From Pseudovirgaria hyperparasitica (taxonomy: Eukaryota): a stretch of DNA of 64,000 nt. The notes below the pieces were generated by a model, which saw nothing but the letters and a program-made list of their open reading frames with translations, searched no databases and was not told the origin of the DNA. The stretch lies in NCBI GenBank assembly GCA_010093815.1, contig ML996569.1; one strand, written 5' to 3'. Each line of letters starts with the position of its first letter. Within the stretch, counting starts at the first letter, position 1. Positions 63,054-64,000 of the stretch are shown here, one piece after another. The position numbers were made by a program, and so were the translations under genes.

Positions 63054-64000
63054 CTATACCCTCCGCTGCGTGTTACTCAGCAGTCGATCCGCCCGTTCAA
63101 ATACCAAACTCGTCCCTGGAAACCCGGCCTGCATCGGCAACGTCGGAATAATGGACGCACTGTTGTTTGGCGCACTCATACCCAAAGCCTGCGCACCGTT
63201 GGGCACCGTAGCCTGTACAGCCGCGCCCAGCGCCGCACTCAACGGCGTCGCAGGCACCGGTGTGACCGTGCCCGTCTGTAACCCATTATGATGAACAGGG
63301 GCATGATTAGTTGCTATTGTCGTATTTATTGGATTAGGGGCCGGCATAAATCTACTTGTGCCGTTTGACGCGAGAGAGACACTTGTTCCGGGGCGGGAGA
63401 TAGGGGCTGTGAGATGTGAGCTAGCTGAGCTGCCCATGGTGTTGTTATTGATGGAGATTTCGGGGGCAGGGAGGAGTTGAGCAGTTTGCGGGGTCATGCG
63501 GGACCAAGGAGAGGCGTTGATTTCCATGGAAACGTCCTTTACGGCCTTATGAATGGGCTTCAGAGTACGGCGGAGATCAGGGATTGTGGCCACATGGGCA
63601 TTTTCGACAACAAGAGTAGCGAAATCTCCCCACATCTATGAGATTAGGTCAGTGGCAATTGCTAAGAAGAGAGTGCATGAGCTTACCTTGCAGAACCCAG
63701 TAGCCTGTTGCCAGAAGTCTGGTTGGTTACGAGCGAGCACATCCCTAAGTTTAATGGCTGACATTCGGCGGTTGAGCATGTCAGTCACGGACAGGATGTC
63801 ATCGCTTTTCTGGACGAGCTCAGCCAAGACACGAATTTTCGCAACAGGCGGTATCATTTCGGATTCCGAGGCTATCCTATGCTTGTGAAATAGATGTCGG
63901 TAGTTAGGCAGAATTCTTGTGATCCTCTCTGTAGCTGTTTTGAGCTTCAGAAAGATCTTTTCGAAGGATGTTTCCTCGTTTGCTTCATGATCATTCTGAT
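63054..64000 (-). CDS. SOG2: 3' part of RAM-pathway protein Sog2-like; gene continues beyond the window
   Basis: FEKIFLKLKTAT, RMSAIKLRD..RNQPDFWQ..TGFCK|MW, LKPIHKAVKD...SPW, TPVPATPLSAALGAAVQATVP. Confidence 0.75.

Overview
Eukaryotic DNA, so the six-frame ORF track fragments most genes. It is a gene-dense filamentous ascomycete region with short GT-AG introns and CTAAC/CTGAC branch points; Dothideomycete-like is an inference only. About 23 protein genes can be reconstructed by eye. Conserved genes: Siw14-type phosphatase, DUF3984, GPI10/PIG-B, Sak1/Ssp1-type kinase, Aim19-like, Hlj1 DnaJ, Ufd2, Rho1, CtsD-like aspartic protease, a mitochondrial SAP-motif protein, Cex1/SCYL1, a MARVEL protein, TRAPPC13, a small SET protein, DUF2408/Cub1, ribosomal P1 and the 3' part of Sog2. 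Less ordinary elements: an MHYT membrane sensor; a secreted Thr-rich protein ending in a DUF4430/transcobalamin-like domain; a 7-copy 9-mer upstream of the phosphatase; a GH3 beta-xylosidase with no visible signal peptide next to RIP-like AT-rich DNA; an internally duplicated unknown protein; and about ten sharp C/A-rich to G/T-rich skew flips that do not depend on gene orientation. There is one 50-N gap. I saw no tRNA, rRNA, CRISPR or intact transposon. All family calls come from motif recognition, not database searches, and splice sites were placed manually.
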